64,000 bases of DNA from Candidatus Parcubacteria bacterium. GTDB taxonomy: Bacteria > Patescibacteriota > Minisyncoccia > Phycocordibacterales > UBA5272. Numbering within the stretch: position 1 is the first letter of the stretch; each line of letters starts with the position of its first letter. The stretch is taken from positions 12,697-76,696 of the forward strand of contig JBDKJD010000003.1 of NCBI GenBank assembly GCA_039796775.1, given 5' to 3'. The translations under genes were made by a program, and so were the position numbers. Shown here piece after piece: positions 1 through 8,369 of this stretch. The notes under the pieces were generated by a model. The model did no database searches, was not told the DNA's origin, and was given only the letters and a program-made list of their open reading frames with translations.

Positions 1-473
1 ACAGCCTGAGTAGTAGGGCATTCCAAAAGATTTTTTAATTCCTCAGTTTGTACATATCCTTTTTTATCTAGTAGTAGATCAAGCATTCTCTTCCTTTTCC
101 CATTTTCAGATAGGTCATACGAATAAACTTTTCCATCAATAACTCTGTTGAGGGACACGTCATTTGTATCATACACAACCACAAAATCACATCCTTGTAC
201 TTGTGGTGTTTTTTGTTTTTTCGCATTCAGTTGCCGTAGCTCCTTTAAAATCAAAACATCAGTTGGTTGATAGTTTATAAGGACGTGATGGTTTATTTCA
301 GGGAGAGTAAAAGCATTCTTCATTTCCGCTATGCGTTCAACTGTTGGTCTGAGCGTATCAAGTATTTTTTCTCGTTGTTCAGAAAACTTCTTCATTGTTT
401 CTTGAGCATCATCAAAATAGGTGCTACTGATCAATTCGCCAACTGTTTGTGGTTTTTTAGCATCTTTTGACAT
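1..473 (-). CDS. Hypothetical protein, partial (runs off window start); possible C-terminal winged-HTH
   Basis: Manual translation from ATG at 473 is open to position 1: MSKDAKKPQTVGELIS...RMLDLLLDKKGYVQTEELKNLLECPTTQA. Divergent from lexA; not in the ORF track. Confidence 0.65.
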   Translation of the reverse strand, partial: MSKDAKKPQTVGELISSTYFDDAQETMKKFSEQREKILDTLRPTVERIAEMKNAFTLPEINHHVLINYQPTDVLILKELRQLNAKKQKTPQVQGCDFVVVYDTNDVSLNRVIDGKVYSYDLSENGKRKRMLDLLLDKKGYVQTEELKNLLECPTTQA

Positions 474-493
474 AAGGAAAGTATATCAGGGAC

Positions 494-522
494 TTGCATA
501 AAAGTATATAGTTATTTATACT
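494..522 (+). promoter_or_regulatory. Sigma70-type promoter of the lexA-CBASS operon, overlapped by an AGTATA-N8-TATACT inverted repeat (candidate operator)
   Basis: TTGCAT (494-499), 17-nt spacer, TATACT (517-522); palindrome 503-522; ATG at 533. Confidence 0.55.
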
Positions 523-532
523 GAATTATACC

Positions 533-1153
533 ATGATACCAAATAACCTTAGTGACAAAGACAAGAAAGCATTTGCCCTTATCCGCAACAAGATTATCCA
601 TTATGGGAAGAGTCCAACTCTTAGTGAAATAAATGAAGTAACTGGTGGTAAATCTCCTCGATCAGCAAGTCTTGTGGTAGATCGATTGATTGAAGCAAAG
701 ATGATTAAGAAAGAAGGAAGAACATTGAAACTTATAGGCACTCATTCTACACAATCGATAAGTACGATTAACATCCCCTTAGTAGGGTCAGTAGCATGTG
801 GTATGCCTATTTTCGCAGAAGAAAATATTGAAACACTTATACCTGTATCAACTGCTTTAGCAAAAACAGGTTCAAAGTATTTTATTCTTCGTGCAAAAGG
901 AACATCAATGAATGATGTGGGGATTAATGACAATGATTTACTCTTAGTACGACAACAGGACACTGCAGATGATGGGCAAAAAGTAGTTGCTCTTATCAAC
1001 GATGAGGCGACCGTGAAGATTCTAGAGAAAGGTAATGGTGTAGTAATCCTTAGACCAAAATCTAAAGACAAAAGCCATAAGCCGATCATATTAACAAATA
1101 ATTGCACGATCCAAGGGGTAGTGGTTGCGGTACTGCCTGCAGATCTCTATTAA
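533..1153 (+). CDS. lexA: LexA-family repressor (N-terminal wHTH + S24 autopeptidase)
   Basis: SPTLSEI HTH, IPLVGSVACG cleavage loop (Cys-Gly), GTSM catalytic Ser, EATVK catalytic Lys. Confidence 0.9.
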   Translation: MIPNNLSDKDKKAFALIRNKIIHYGKSPTLSEINEVTGGKSPRSASLVVDRLIEAKMIKKEGRTLKLIGTHSTQSISTINIPLVGSVACGMPIFAEENIETLIPVSTALAKTGSKYFILRAKGTSMNDVGINDNDLLLVRQQDTADDGQKVVALINDEATVKILEKGNGVVILRPKSKDKSHKPIILTNNCTIQGVVVAVLPADLY

Positions 1154-1157
1154 TAAA

Positions 1158-1397
1158 ATGACTAAAAGAAATATACATACTGTATACAACAAAGAGCGTG
1201 AGATGTGGGAAACAAAAAAAGAAGGGCAAGAAAAACCTCTTGCATCTTCACACACTAAAGCAACAGCAGAAGAAAAATCTGTAAGAGAAGCAAAGAAAGC
1301 TGGAGTCGAACATGTTATTCATAATAAGGACGGAAAGATCAGTGACAAAGATAGTTACGGCAATGATCCAATTCCTCCAAAAGATAAGATTCACTAA
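1158..1397 (+). CDS. DUF2188 family small protein
   Basis: W-x-x-KKEG...TKATA...IHNKDGKISDKDSYGNDP-x-PPKD pattern; ATG at 1158, 4 nt after the lexA stop. Confidence 0.8.
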   Translation: MTKRNIHTVYNKEREMWETKKEGQEKPLASSHTKATAEEKSVREAKKAGVEHVIHNKDGKISDKDSYGNDPIPPKDKIH

Positions 1398-1398
1398 T

Positions 1399-2292
1399 AT
1401 GGCCTGGGAAGATACATTTAAATCATGGGGAGCTGCCCCAGGTAAAACAGAGCAAGAAAAGATGGAAAATGCGGAAACGGCAGTAAGGAAAGCGATTAGT
1501 GCAAACGCTAAACTTTCTTCTATGGATATATCTATTGTTCCACAAGGTTCATATAAATCAAGAACAAATGTTAGAAATGATAGTGATGTTGATATATGTG
1601 TTTGCCTAAACTCAACCTTCTTTCCAAGGTATCCTCAAGGAAAAACAAAGGAGTACTACGGTAATTCGGATGGAAGTATAACTTTTCGGGAGTTCAAAAA
1701 TCTCGTGCAAACTGCTCTTGAAGATTATTTTGGTAAAGAGAATATTACTCGCGGGAATAAAGCTTTTGATATCCACTCAAACAGTTACAGGGTGGATGCC
1801 GATGTTGTTCCAGCATTAGCGTATCGCTATTATTATGATGATGGAAGTCTCTACCATCACGAGCCGACTGGGATTGCTTTTGATACAGACAAAGGTGATC
1901 GTATTATAAATTGGCCACATCATACCTACCAGAATTGCAAAGATAAGCACGATAATACTGGTAAAAGGTATAGAAAAATGACACGAATACTAAAACGCTT
2001 ACGCAATAAAATGCAAGATGAGAATATTTCGGAAGCAAAAGATATACCTTCATTCTTAATTCAAAGTATGGTTTGGAGTGCTCCTAATGATAGCTTCAAT
2101 AGAGCTACCTATACTGATGATGTTCGTGCTGTTCTAGCTCATTGTTTTAATCAGACACTACCTGCGGGTGGTCATGCATCACTTAAAGAAGTAAATGATA
2201 TAAAAACAATATTTGGGCCTCATCAAGTGTGTACAAGAGAGAAAGCTCACGCATTCTTTTCAAGAGCTTGGGATTATATAGGTTTCGAATAA
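1399..2292 (+). CDS. cdnE: CBASS cGAS/DncV-like nucleotidyltransferase, CdnE-like (clade E)
   Basis: PQGSY-x-x-RTNV-x-x-DSDVD, GNKAFDI, VDADVVP, IINWP, RILKRLR, IPSFLI motifs; 297 aa from ATG 1399. Confidence 0.9.
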   Translation: MAWEDTFKSWGAAPGKTEQEKMENAETAVRKAISANAKLSSMDISIVPQGSYKSRTNVRNDSDVDICVCLNSTFFPRYPQGKTKEYYGNSDGSITFREFKNLVQTALEDYFGKENITRGNKAFDIHSNSYRVDADVVPALAYRYYYDDGSLYHHEPTGIAFDTDKGDRIINWPHHTYQNCKDKHDNTGKRYRKMTRILKRLRNKMQDENISEAKDIPSFLIQSMVWSAPNDSFNRATYTDDVRAVLAHCFNQTLPAGGHASLKEVNDIKTIFGPHQVCTREKAHAFFSRAWDYIGFE

Positions 2293-2297
2293 ATAAT

Positions 2298-2921
2298 ATG
2301 GAAAAAATAAACAATACTGTAAAAGTCTACGCTCAATTTATAACATTCCTTGTTATTTGGGCAGTTATTGCTTTTGTTACGAAAACCTACCAAACAAATG
2401 ATTTGCTAAACATATTGAAACTAATCCCACAAGCAATAACTGGGTATTTATTTGTCGCATTACTTTTTTCAAGATGGATATGGAAACTAAAAATTTTACA
2501 GGGGTGGCTAATTAAAGTTCCAAATCTTCAAGGTACATGGAAAGGAGAAATAAAAAGTGATTGGATAAATCCTGAAACAGGAAAAGGAGTTGATCCTATA
2601 CCTGTTATTTTAGTGATACGTCAAACTTTCTCAACAATCAAATGCACCCTTATGACAAAAGAATCTACTAGTTATAGCACTACAGCTGATATTACATTAG
2701 TGCCAAGTAGTGAAGATTTATCTCTGACCTATAATTATACAAATAGATCAAAAGCAACGATAAGAGATAGAAGCCCTATTCACGACGGTGCTTCAATTCT
2801 AAAAATAATAAAAAGCCCAAAGAGAATTCTAGAAGGAGAGTACTGGACTAGTAGGAAAACACGAGGAGAGATGCATTTAGAGTTTTATTCAAAAGTTTTA
2901 TCCGAAAGTTTTAATAGCTAA
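2298..2921 (+). CDS. cap15: CBASS Cap15-type effector (2 TM + beta-barrel, SMODS-associating 2TM-beta)
   Basis: Two N-terminal TM segments, PNLQGTWKG, IRQTF, TKESTSYS, YNYTN, HDGA, LEGEYWTSRKTRG; directly downstream of the CD-NTase. Confidence 0.88.
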   Translation: MEKINNTVKVYAQFITFLVIWAVIAFVTKTYQTNDLLNILKLIPQAITGYLFVALLFSRWIWKLKILQGWLIKVPNLQGTWKGEIKSDWINPETGKGVDPIPVILVIRQTFSTIKCTLMTKESTSYSTTADITLVPSSEDLSLTYNYTNRSKATIRDRSPIHDGASILKIIKSPKRILEGEYWTSRKTRGEMHLEFYSKVLSESFNS

Positions 2922-2957
2922 CTTTAAACCTTGATTAGGTGAGCATATAATTATTAT

Positions 2958-3614
2958 ATGCGGACTTTTGACCAATATATTGAGATTCTTAATACCTCTC
3001 TTACTGAAAAAAAGCCAAAGATAATTTGTGCTTCGTGGATCTACAAGAATACTCCAAGCGTGTATCGTTATGTATGGAAGAATATTAAGACGGAAACTGG
3101 CCATGTTGATTGGGATAGGGTTACTTGTTGCTTAGATAGGTCGTTTCAAAGACGGTGGGTAAGACACAGACAGAAACAGGTAAAACTTTACAAAGAACAA
3201 TCAGAGGTAGACACTGTTTTGAATAGATATAAAGATAAGCTGTATACCTTCATCTGTGCTCAGTGTAAGGAAGATAAAGATGTTAAGGATAGGATTGTTA
3301 TTCGTCTAGTGCGAGTAAGTCAAAGGGGTAATATTTTAGCTCAAGCAGAACTTGTTAAGTGGATTAACTACACCGTGGACGAGTGGATTGATAGATATCC
3401 TCAAATCTGTAAATGGAAAGGCTACCGAGATGAAGCTGATGAACATATAAAGAGGTGTATTCGTTGCTACAGATATACAGGGTCATTTCTCGGATACCTC
3501 TTCAGGACTCTTGAGTATTCAGCAAGAGGTAAACCTCCACTTGCTTCTTTAGATGATAAATTCTGTGATGGAGAAAGGACACGAATTGACTACATCAGTT
3601 CTGAACCTTTATAA
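2958..3614 (+). CDS. Hypothetical protein with sigma70 region 2-like C-terminal half
   Basis: LVRVSQRGNILAQAELV, GSFLGYLFRTL and SLDDKFCDGERTRIDYI resemble sigma regions 1.2/2 and the SLD linker; no region 4. Confidence 0.5.
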   Translation: MRTFDQYIEILNTSLTEKKPKIICASWIYKNTPSVYRYVWKNIKTETGHVDWDRVTCCLDRSFQRRWVRHRQKQVKLYKEQSEVDTVLNRYKDKLYTFICAQCKEDKDVKDRIVIRLVRVSQRGNILAQAELVKWINYTVDEWIDRYPQICKWKGYRDEADEHIKRCIRCYRYTGSFLGYLFRTLEYSARGKPPLASLDDKFCDGERTRIDYISSEPL

Positions 3615-3622
3615 CTATCTAT

Positions 3623-3784
3623 ATGGAAAAAGATATTCAACCAAGTGAAGATGATCAAATTGATTATTTGGCAGAGATTTTAGTAGAAGTATATTTAGAA
3701 AGTAAGGGATACAAGCAGTATCCATGGCTTAATGGTGAGACAATGTGGAGAAAAGAACCTAAAGACGAGGAGGAAATCGAGTAG
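3623..3784 (+). CDS. Small acidic hypothetical protein (53 aa)
   Basis: Manual translation MEKDIQPSEDDQIDYLAEILVEVYLESKGYKQYPWLNGETMWRKEPKDEEEIE; fills the gap between co-oriented genes. Confidence 0.6.
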   Translation: MEKDIQPSEDDQIDYLAEILVEVYLESKGYKQYPWLNGETMWRKEPKDEEEIE

Positions 3785-3819
3785 TTCATATTTCCTTTTA
3801 TTTTTGTTAGGATTGCAGA

Positions 3820-4197
3820 ATGGGAACTACGACACAACCACTTGGTCCAGAATTTGCTAGTCAAATGGTTACTATGTTTTTAAATACTCTTCAGGAAGCA
3901 ACAGTAAAAGCGTACTTAATGCTTTGGGGTATATTGATTGCTTTCTTGAAAGAACACTGGCTTGGTGTTGCTGAAATTCTCTTAAGTATTCTTGGTATTT
4001 CACTTTTAGTATTTCTACTTACAGGAAGATGGGCAATGCTCGGTAGTGTACTCAATAGGTACTTCTTCTTTGGAATTCTCTTTATTATTGGACTTATCTT
4101 TGGTCCAGCAGTATTTGCTAATGATTATTTTGAAATCGTATGGGCTGTTGTGGGTATAATTGCTTTTGTTATTGTAGGGAAAATCTTTAAAGAATAG
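3820..4197 (+). CDS. Hypothetical membrane protein
   Basis: 125 aa with 3-4 hydrophobic segments. Confidence 0.7.
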   Translation: MGTTTQPLGPEFASQMVTMFLNTLQEATVKAYLMLWGILIAFLKEHWLGVAEILLSILGISLLVFLLTGRWAMLGSVLNRYFFFGILFIIGLIFGPAVFANDYFEIVWAVVGIIAFVIVGKIFKE

Positions 4198-4291
4198 TTA
4201 CACCTGACTGTAACATTATAGGTCTTATTTGTGTCACTTTTGTCACTTTTTCATATAGCCACGAGAAGGGTCAAAATGATATACTAAAAAC

Positions 4292-4397
4292 TAACAAATA
4301 ACCTTTGTGGGGTAATGAATCCACTAAGTTCTACCTGTTGAACCCTCACATCGGTAAGAAAAACACCTGAAGCGTTAAGCTTTGGGTGTTTTTCTTA
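4292..4397 (+). ncRNA. Candidate stand-alone small RNA (copy A, GTTCTACC family)
   Basis: Extended -10 TGATATACT at 4277-4285, structured body, terminator AAGAAAAACACC...GGTGTTTTTCTT; diverged second copy at 5198-5304. Confidence 0.4.
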
Positions 4398-4422
4398 GTG
4401 AGTGAACTGCTTCACTCACGTG

Positions 4423-4559
4423 CCGATGTGACGGCCACAGTCATGTTTTAGAAAAGTTGTATTCCTGACTTTTCTAAAACGGACGAGGCGGGGTCGCGAG
4501 TACTTATGAGCAACTCACACGAAGTGTGATTAGCGCAATTAGTAACTCGTGACCACATC
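4423..4559 (+). repeat. RNA-3'-end-associated two-hairpin element (copy 1)
   Basis: CCGATGTGA (inverted copy of TCACATCGG 4346-4354), core with AAAAGT-N10-ACTTTT hairpin and GGGGTCGCGA...TTATGA...GTGACC, then direct copy ACATC. Confidence 0.6.
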
Positions 4560-4628
4560 AATTAGCACTAGTGCACGAAGTTCGAAAAAGTTACTATTAA
4601 ATTTTAATAAGAGTAAAACATAATTATT

Positions 4629-5165
4629 ATGAGTAATATTCCCACTCAAAACCAAAAAGGTAATATAGATATAACTGAGTATATAAAACTAACAATAACT
4701 ATCAGAGAAAAACTTGGTGAGAACTATTCTAAAGAGATGTCGCAACTTTTCCAGTATACCCAATCTTTAATGGGTGTACTTGGTCTAATTGCAGGATTTG
4801 GTTTTACTGCTTTTCAGTTTATAGAAAGCTATATCTTATTTTTCGTTGGGGAATTACTCGTTGTTGGTTCTGTTTTATATTTAGTATATAAAGTTAAAAT
4901 ATATACAGCAGCACAACCGATAAAGACTGAAGAGTATTTAAATAAATACCATGATAAAGCAAGGGAAATAAAAAGTGCTATTTTGTCTGATGATAAAGAT
5001 GCTATTAGTGCGTTGTCGGAAGAAATCAAAAAAGAAGTTAATGATACTTCTGAGATTCCTAAATTAAAAATAGCAAAAATTATAAGTGATTCTCTGAAAA
5101 AATCATTCTGGTTTAGTTCTGTGGGAATTATTTTAATATTTGCTTCTTTTGTTATTTGTTTATAA
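4629..5165 (+). CDS. Hypothetical membrane protein (about 3 TM)
   Basis: 178 aa ORF, very AT-rich, lying between the two GTTCTACC repeat copies. Confidence 0.7.
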   Translation: MSNIPTQNQKGNIDITEYIKLTITIREKLGENYSKEMSQLFQYTQSLMGVLGLIAGFGFTAFQFIESYILFFVGELLVVGSVLYLVYKVKIYTAAQPIKTEEYLNKYHDKAREIKSAILSDDKDAISALSEEIKKEVNDTSEIPKLKIAKIISDSLKKSFWFSSVGIILIFASFVICL

Positions 5166-5197
5166 TCTCATAGACTCACGAGAATGCTTAAAATTAT

Positions 5198-5304
5198 ATA
5201 CCAAAAACTAATAAATAGACTCTGTAGTGTAATGAACCCGCTATGTTCTACCTACGAAGACTCACAGTAACAAAAATACACAGGCTCCTTCTGTGTATTT
5301 TTGT
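5198..5304 (+). repeat. Diverged direct repeat of 4281-4360 followed by a terminator hairpin (copy B)
   Basis: Shares ATAC.AAAAACTAA.AAATA, GTAATGAA.CC.CTA.GTTCTACCT and CTCACA; hairpin ACAAAAATACACAG/CTGTGTATTTTTGT. Confidence 0.6.
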
Positions 5305-5389
5305 GGTGGCAATCAGTAGAAGCAAGGCTTCCACATACCTTACTTCTAGACTTGGATAAATAGTTTTAATCTCACAAAAAATAGGGCAC

Positions 5390-6577
5390 CTAATTACCGA
5401 ACCTACTCTCTACGATAAGTTTTGAATCACTGTAAAAACTTACATCACCTGACGCGGTGTAAAGTTGAAAGTTTTCAAAAGTACCCTTGTCTATAAGAGT
5501 AAACTTCATAACTGAACCATCTTGAGAAATAAAGCTTGGTTTTTGCATGCTGTCAGAATTAGATCCGTTAGCTCGAAGACTTATCTTTTGTCTTATCTCC
5601 CATATAAATTTATCACAAGCGGGGGACGTGTTTCTAAAATTTATTCCTTCAAGAACCAAAACATCTCCTATCTTTGCAGAAATAGTGGGGCCTGTTTTCT
5701 TATCACCGTCTTTCAATTCTGCAGGTATTACATAAATATTATTAATTTTAGGGATTAAAGGACCAGACCAATATTTACACTCTTCAGTTAGTTTTTCATT
5801 TTGATTTAATGAAGTTTGGTTGTTTGTTACGGATTGTTGAGATGTTGTATTTTGAGTAGTCAAACAATTACCATAAGAATCCACAGACATACCTGAAGGC
5901 ACATAACTTTGTATTCCTTCTATATTTTTACAAATATCTACCACCATTTTAGGAGAGTTATCTATATTACGTATCTGATTATTTTTTATTTCAATCTCTT
6001 CGTTAGAAATAAAAAGTTTTTGATTTTTATAGAAGAACCCATTTACAAGTTTACCGTTGGTGTCTACTAAACTAGCGGTTACATAATTAACGACTTTATA
6101 GTTTGGACTTTGTGTAATTATAATTTTTCTACCAAGACTATCATATTTAATATCGGTATCGTAAATAGAATCAGAACTTGATGCTTGTGTGTTATTTGCT
6201 ACAGCTTGTGTAGTTGGAGTTGTGTTTGTATTTTGATTAGTACCAAATCCCGTCTCAGCTTTTTCAGCTTCGTTTGAACTAGCAATTACCGCGTCAATTT
6301 CCTTATTAATTTTTTCTCTAGTTAGGGCACCGACAAACCCGGTTGCAGGTAGCCCAACACTGGTTTGATACGCTTTTACTGCTTTAAAAGTAAGTAGTCC
6401 AAAATAAGTAGAAGGTGTTGTTTTAAGTAGTCCTTTATCAATGAGAAATTCTTGAAGTTCGGTAACCTCTTTATCTCTTTGACCATATTTTAGATTTTTA
6501 TCAATCGAAGCATAAGAAACTGTTGTTGCTCCTAAAGTTAGGAGTGTTACGATACTTATAATTTTTTTCATTTTCAT
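5390..6577 (-). CDS. Secreted protein with N-terminal peptidoglycan-binding domain
   Basis: Signal peptide; NLKYGQRDKEVTELQEFL...FGLLTFKAVKAYQ...TGFVGALTR PGBD motif; T/N/Q-rich linkers. Confidence 0.8.
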   Translation of the reverse strand: MKMKKIISIVTLLTLGATTVSYASIDKNLKYGQRDKEVTELQEFLIDKGLLKTTPSTYFGLLTFKAVKAYQTSVGLPATGFVGALTREKINKEIDAVIASSNEAEKAETGFGTNQNTNTTPTTQAVANNTQASSSDSIYDTDIKYDSLGRKIIITQSPNYKVVNYVTASLVDTNGKLVNGFFYKNQKLFISNEEIEIKNNQIRNIDNSPKMVVDICKNIEGIQSYVPSGMSVDSYGNCLTTQNTTSQQSVTNNQTSLNQNEKLTEECKYWSGPLIPKINNIYVIPAELKDGDKKTGPTISAKIGDVLVLEGINFRNTSPACDKFIWEIRQKISLRANGSNSDSMQKPSFISQDGSVMKFTLIDKGTFENFQLYTASGDVSFYSDSKLIVESRFGN

Positions 6578-6626
6578 ATATTTTTATTAAAATAGGACAC
6601 TTTAACTTCTACTTTATTATAGCAAG

Positions 6627-6761
6627 ATAGGCACCCCAGTGGGTGCGCACAAGCTAACAGTCGGAACCGTTAATCCTGTATTCCCACATAGAGTGCCTAT
6701 GCTGAACACGATTAACGGAAAAAGACCAGTTCGGTCTCGAAACTTATTAACTTGTGCGCAC
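6627..6761 (-). ncRNA. Candidate structured leader or sRNA with long-range pairing
   Basis: Nested stems 6643-6653/6751-6761 and 6667-6675/6710-6718; loop 6683-6700 complementary to 6627-6643. Confidence 0.45.
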
Positions 6762-6803
6762 TATAACAATACCACAAATAAAGATAAATGCTACACTATC
6801 ACC

Positions 6804-6959
6804 ATGCTCAAAGCCGATAAAAAATGTATTGTATGTAAAGTGGATCTCAACACTCAAAAGAGTTTCCAGGAACGTGAAGACTGGGAATCAGTGAAGTTCT
6901 GTAGTAGCAAGTGCAGAAAAGCTGCAGCTAGCCGTCCGACATTTAAAAAGAGGCGGTAA
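6804..6959 (+). CDS. DUF2256 family small Cys-rich protein
   Basis: KKCIVC...DWESVKFCSSKCR; ATG 6804 lies 6 nt after the extended -10 TGCTACACT. Confidence 0.75.
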   Translation: MLKADKKCIVCKVDLNTQKSFQEREDWESVKFCSSKCRKAAASRPTFKKRR

Positions 6960-7018
6960 GATGCTGCCGAATGAAAAACCTTCCCCTTTGGGGGAAGGTT
7001 TTTCATTCGGCAGCATCT
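6959..7018. terminator. Perfect 28-bp inverted repeat between convergent genes (likely bidirectional terminator)
   Basis: AGATGCTGCCGAATGAAAAACCTTCCCC-tttg-GGGGAAGGTTTTTCATTCGGCAGCATCT. Confidence 0.7.
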
Positions 7019-7056
7019 CTTCTATCTACACAATACCCCCTGAGAAGATTTCTTGT

Positions 7057-7476
7057 CTAATACTTCTTAAGCCACTCATTCATTATCTTAATCTCACTCT
7101 CTTGAGCAGTAATAATATCTTGGGCGAACTTTCTTAATTCAGAACTTATTGTTTTATCCTCCAACAAAAGCTTCGCCATATCCACCGCCCCTTGATGATG
7201 AGGAATCATATCTGTGATAAATGCTTTCTCTAATTCCTTGCCACTTTTGCCACGCATATTAGCGAGCATATCCATCATCATGCCTTCCACGCTTCCACCG
7301 TGATTCATCATCATAGATTCATCCCCCATGCGATGCATCATCATAGATTTTTTACCTTCTTTGTAATCTCCATCTCTATCAAAACACATATTCCACACAC
7401 AGCAAATGAATAAACCGAGCACAACAATGGAGAGTCCAATAGTTGTATATTTGTAATTAATATTTTTGAAAATCAT
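7057..7476 (-). CDS. DUF305 (CopM-like) Met-rich metal-binding protein
   Basis: FITDMIPHHQGAVDMA...IITAQESEI motif; N-terminal TM. Confidence 0.88.
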   Translation of the reverse strand: MIFKNINYKYTTIGLSIVVLGLFICCVWNMCFDRDGDYKEGKKSMMMHRMGDESMMMNHGGSVEGMMMDMLANMRGKSGKELEKAFITDMIPHHQGAVDMAKLLLEDKTISSELRKFAQDIITAQESEIKIMNEWLKKY

Positions 7477-7507
7477 ATAATGAAAATACTTAATGATAAT
7501 AAATCAA

Positions 7508-7975
7508 TCAATGCGTATGTGACGCACCCAAAAGTAACGTATCAATCAAAAACACAGAAGTTATAACTATAACAAAAGCAATAAGACTCACAACAACAAT
7601 ACTCTTACGACTAAGAATATATTTTTCTTTAATAAAGAAAGTAATATACGCCAGAACTAAACCAATACCAAGAAGCATGCCAGCGTATCCTGGATTATCT
7701 AAATAGTGCTGTATACCACCAGATAAAAATCCTGTTCCAAAGGAGAGCCCTGTAACAAGAAGTATATACTTCATATCCACCGCCTGATTTTTCTCCCTTG
7801 CTTCATAGATACTTCCCGTAATCATAAGAATAAGTCCTATACATCCAAGAATTACATAACGAATTGCATCAGCTTCTAGTGTACCAACATGTACTACAGA
7901 CCCAGCAATGAGAGCGACACCAAGATATTTGGCGATATAAATAGAGTAGTCCCTATGTTCTTTTGAAAGTGTCAT
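7508..7975 (-). CDS. Hypothetical multi-pass membrane protein
   Basis: About 5 hydrophobic segments with internally repeated GSVVH/GGIQH motifs. Confidence 0.75.
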   Translation of the reverse strand: MTLSKEHRDYSIYIAKYLGVALIAGSVVHVGTLEADAIRYVILGCIGLILMITGSIYEAREKNQAVDMKYILLVTGLSFGTGFLSGGIQHYLDNPGYAGMLLGIGLVLAYITFFIKEKYILSRKSIVVVSLIAFVIVITSVFLIDTLLLGASHTH

Positions 7976-8002
7976 ATCGATACTGATAACTCTGTTTGCT
8001 TT

Positions 8003-8221
8003 TTACCTCATTCTAACCGTAATTAACTCACCACTCTTTGTAGTAAATTTACCAAAGAGAATCATAATAAAGTCAATCATCACCCATATACCAAAACCAC
8101 CGAATGTTACAACCATAAGAATACCTGTTCCTATCTTTCTGTTATAGAACCTGTGGACACCCAAGAACCCTAAAAAGAAACATAGCAGGAGCGTTATCAT
8201 CCACTCTATATTTATTTTCAT
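8003..8221 (-). CDS. TM2 domain protein
   Basis: LLCFFLGFLGVHRFY...TFGGFGIW-x-x-IDF. Confidence 0.9.
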   Translation of the reverse strand: MKINIEWMITLLLCFFLGFLGVHRFYNRKIGTGILMVVTFGGFGIWVMIDFIMILFGKFTTKSGELITVRMR

Positions 8222-8369
8222 ATCACTAATAATCGCATCAGTCTTATTAACTTATTCGTTATTTAGTAAAATACTTGTTTGATTTGTTTCCATAGTCTTA
8301 TCTACTATATAACCATATCATTGATAATTAAAGCACAACTCTTCATAGAAAGATTTTTTGATTAAAAAA

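Noticed and set aside
1125-2297. Extended ORF-track starts at 1125, 1312 and 2229
   Set aside because: They overlap upstream genes; ATGs at 1158, 1399 and 2298 give tight operon spacing and family-typical N-termini.
4296-4360. Canonical purine or fluoride riboswitch
   Set aside because: GTTCTACC resembles the purine J2/3, but the P1 pairing, loop consensus and a suitable regulated gene are missing. The fluoride 3' motif is also absent.
6639-6803. N-terminal extension of the DUF2256 ORF
   Set aside because: It runs through the palindromic structured region; an extended -10 directly precedes ATG 6804.
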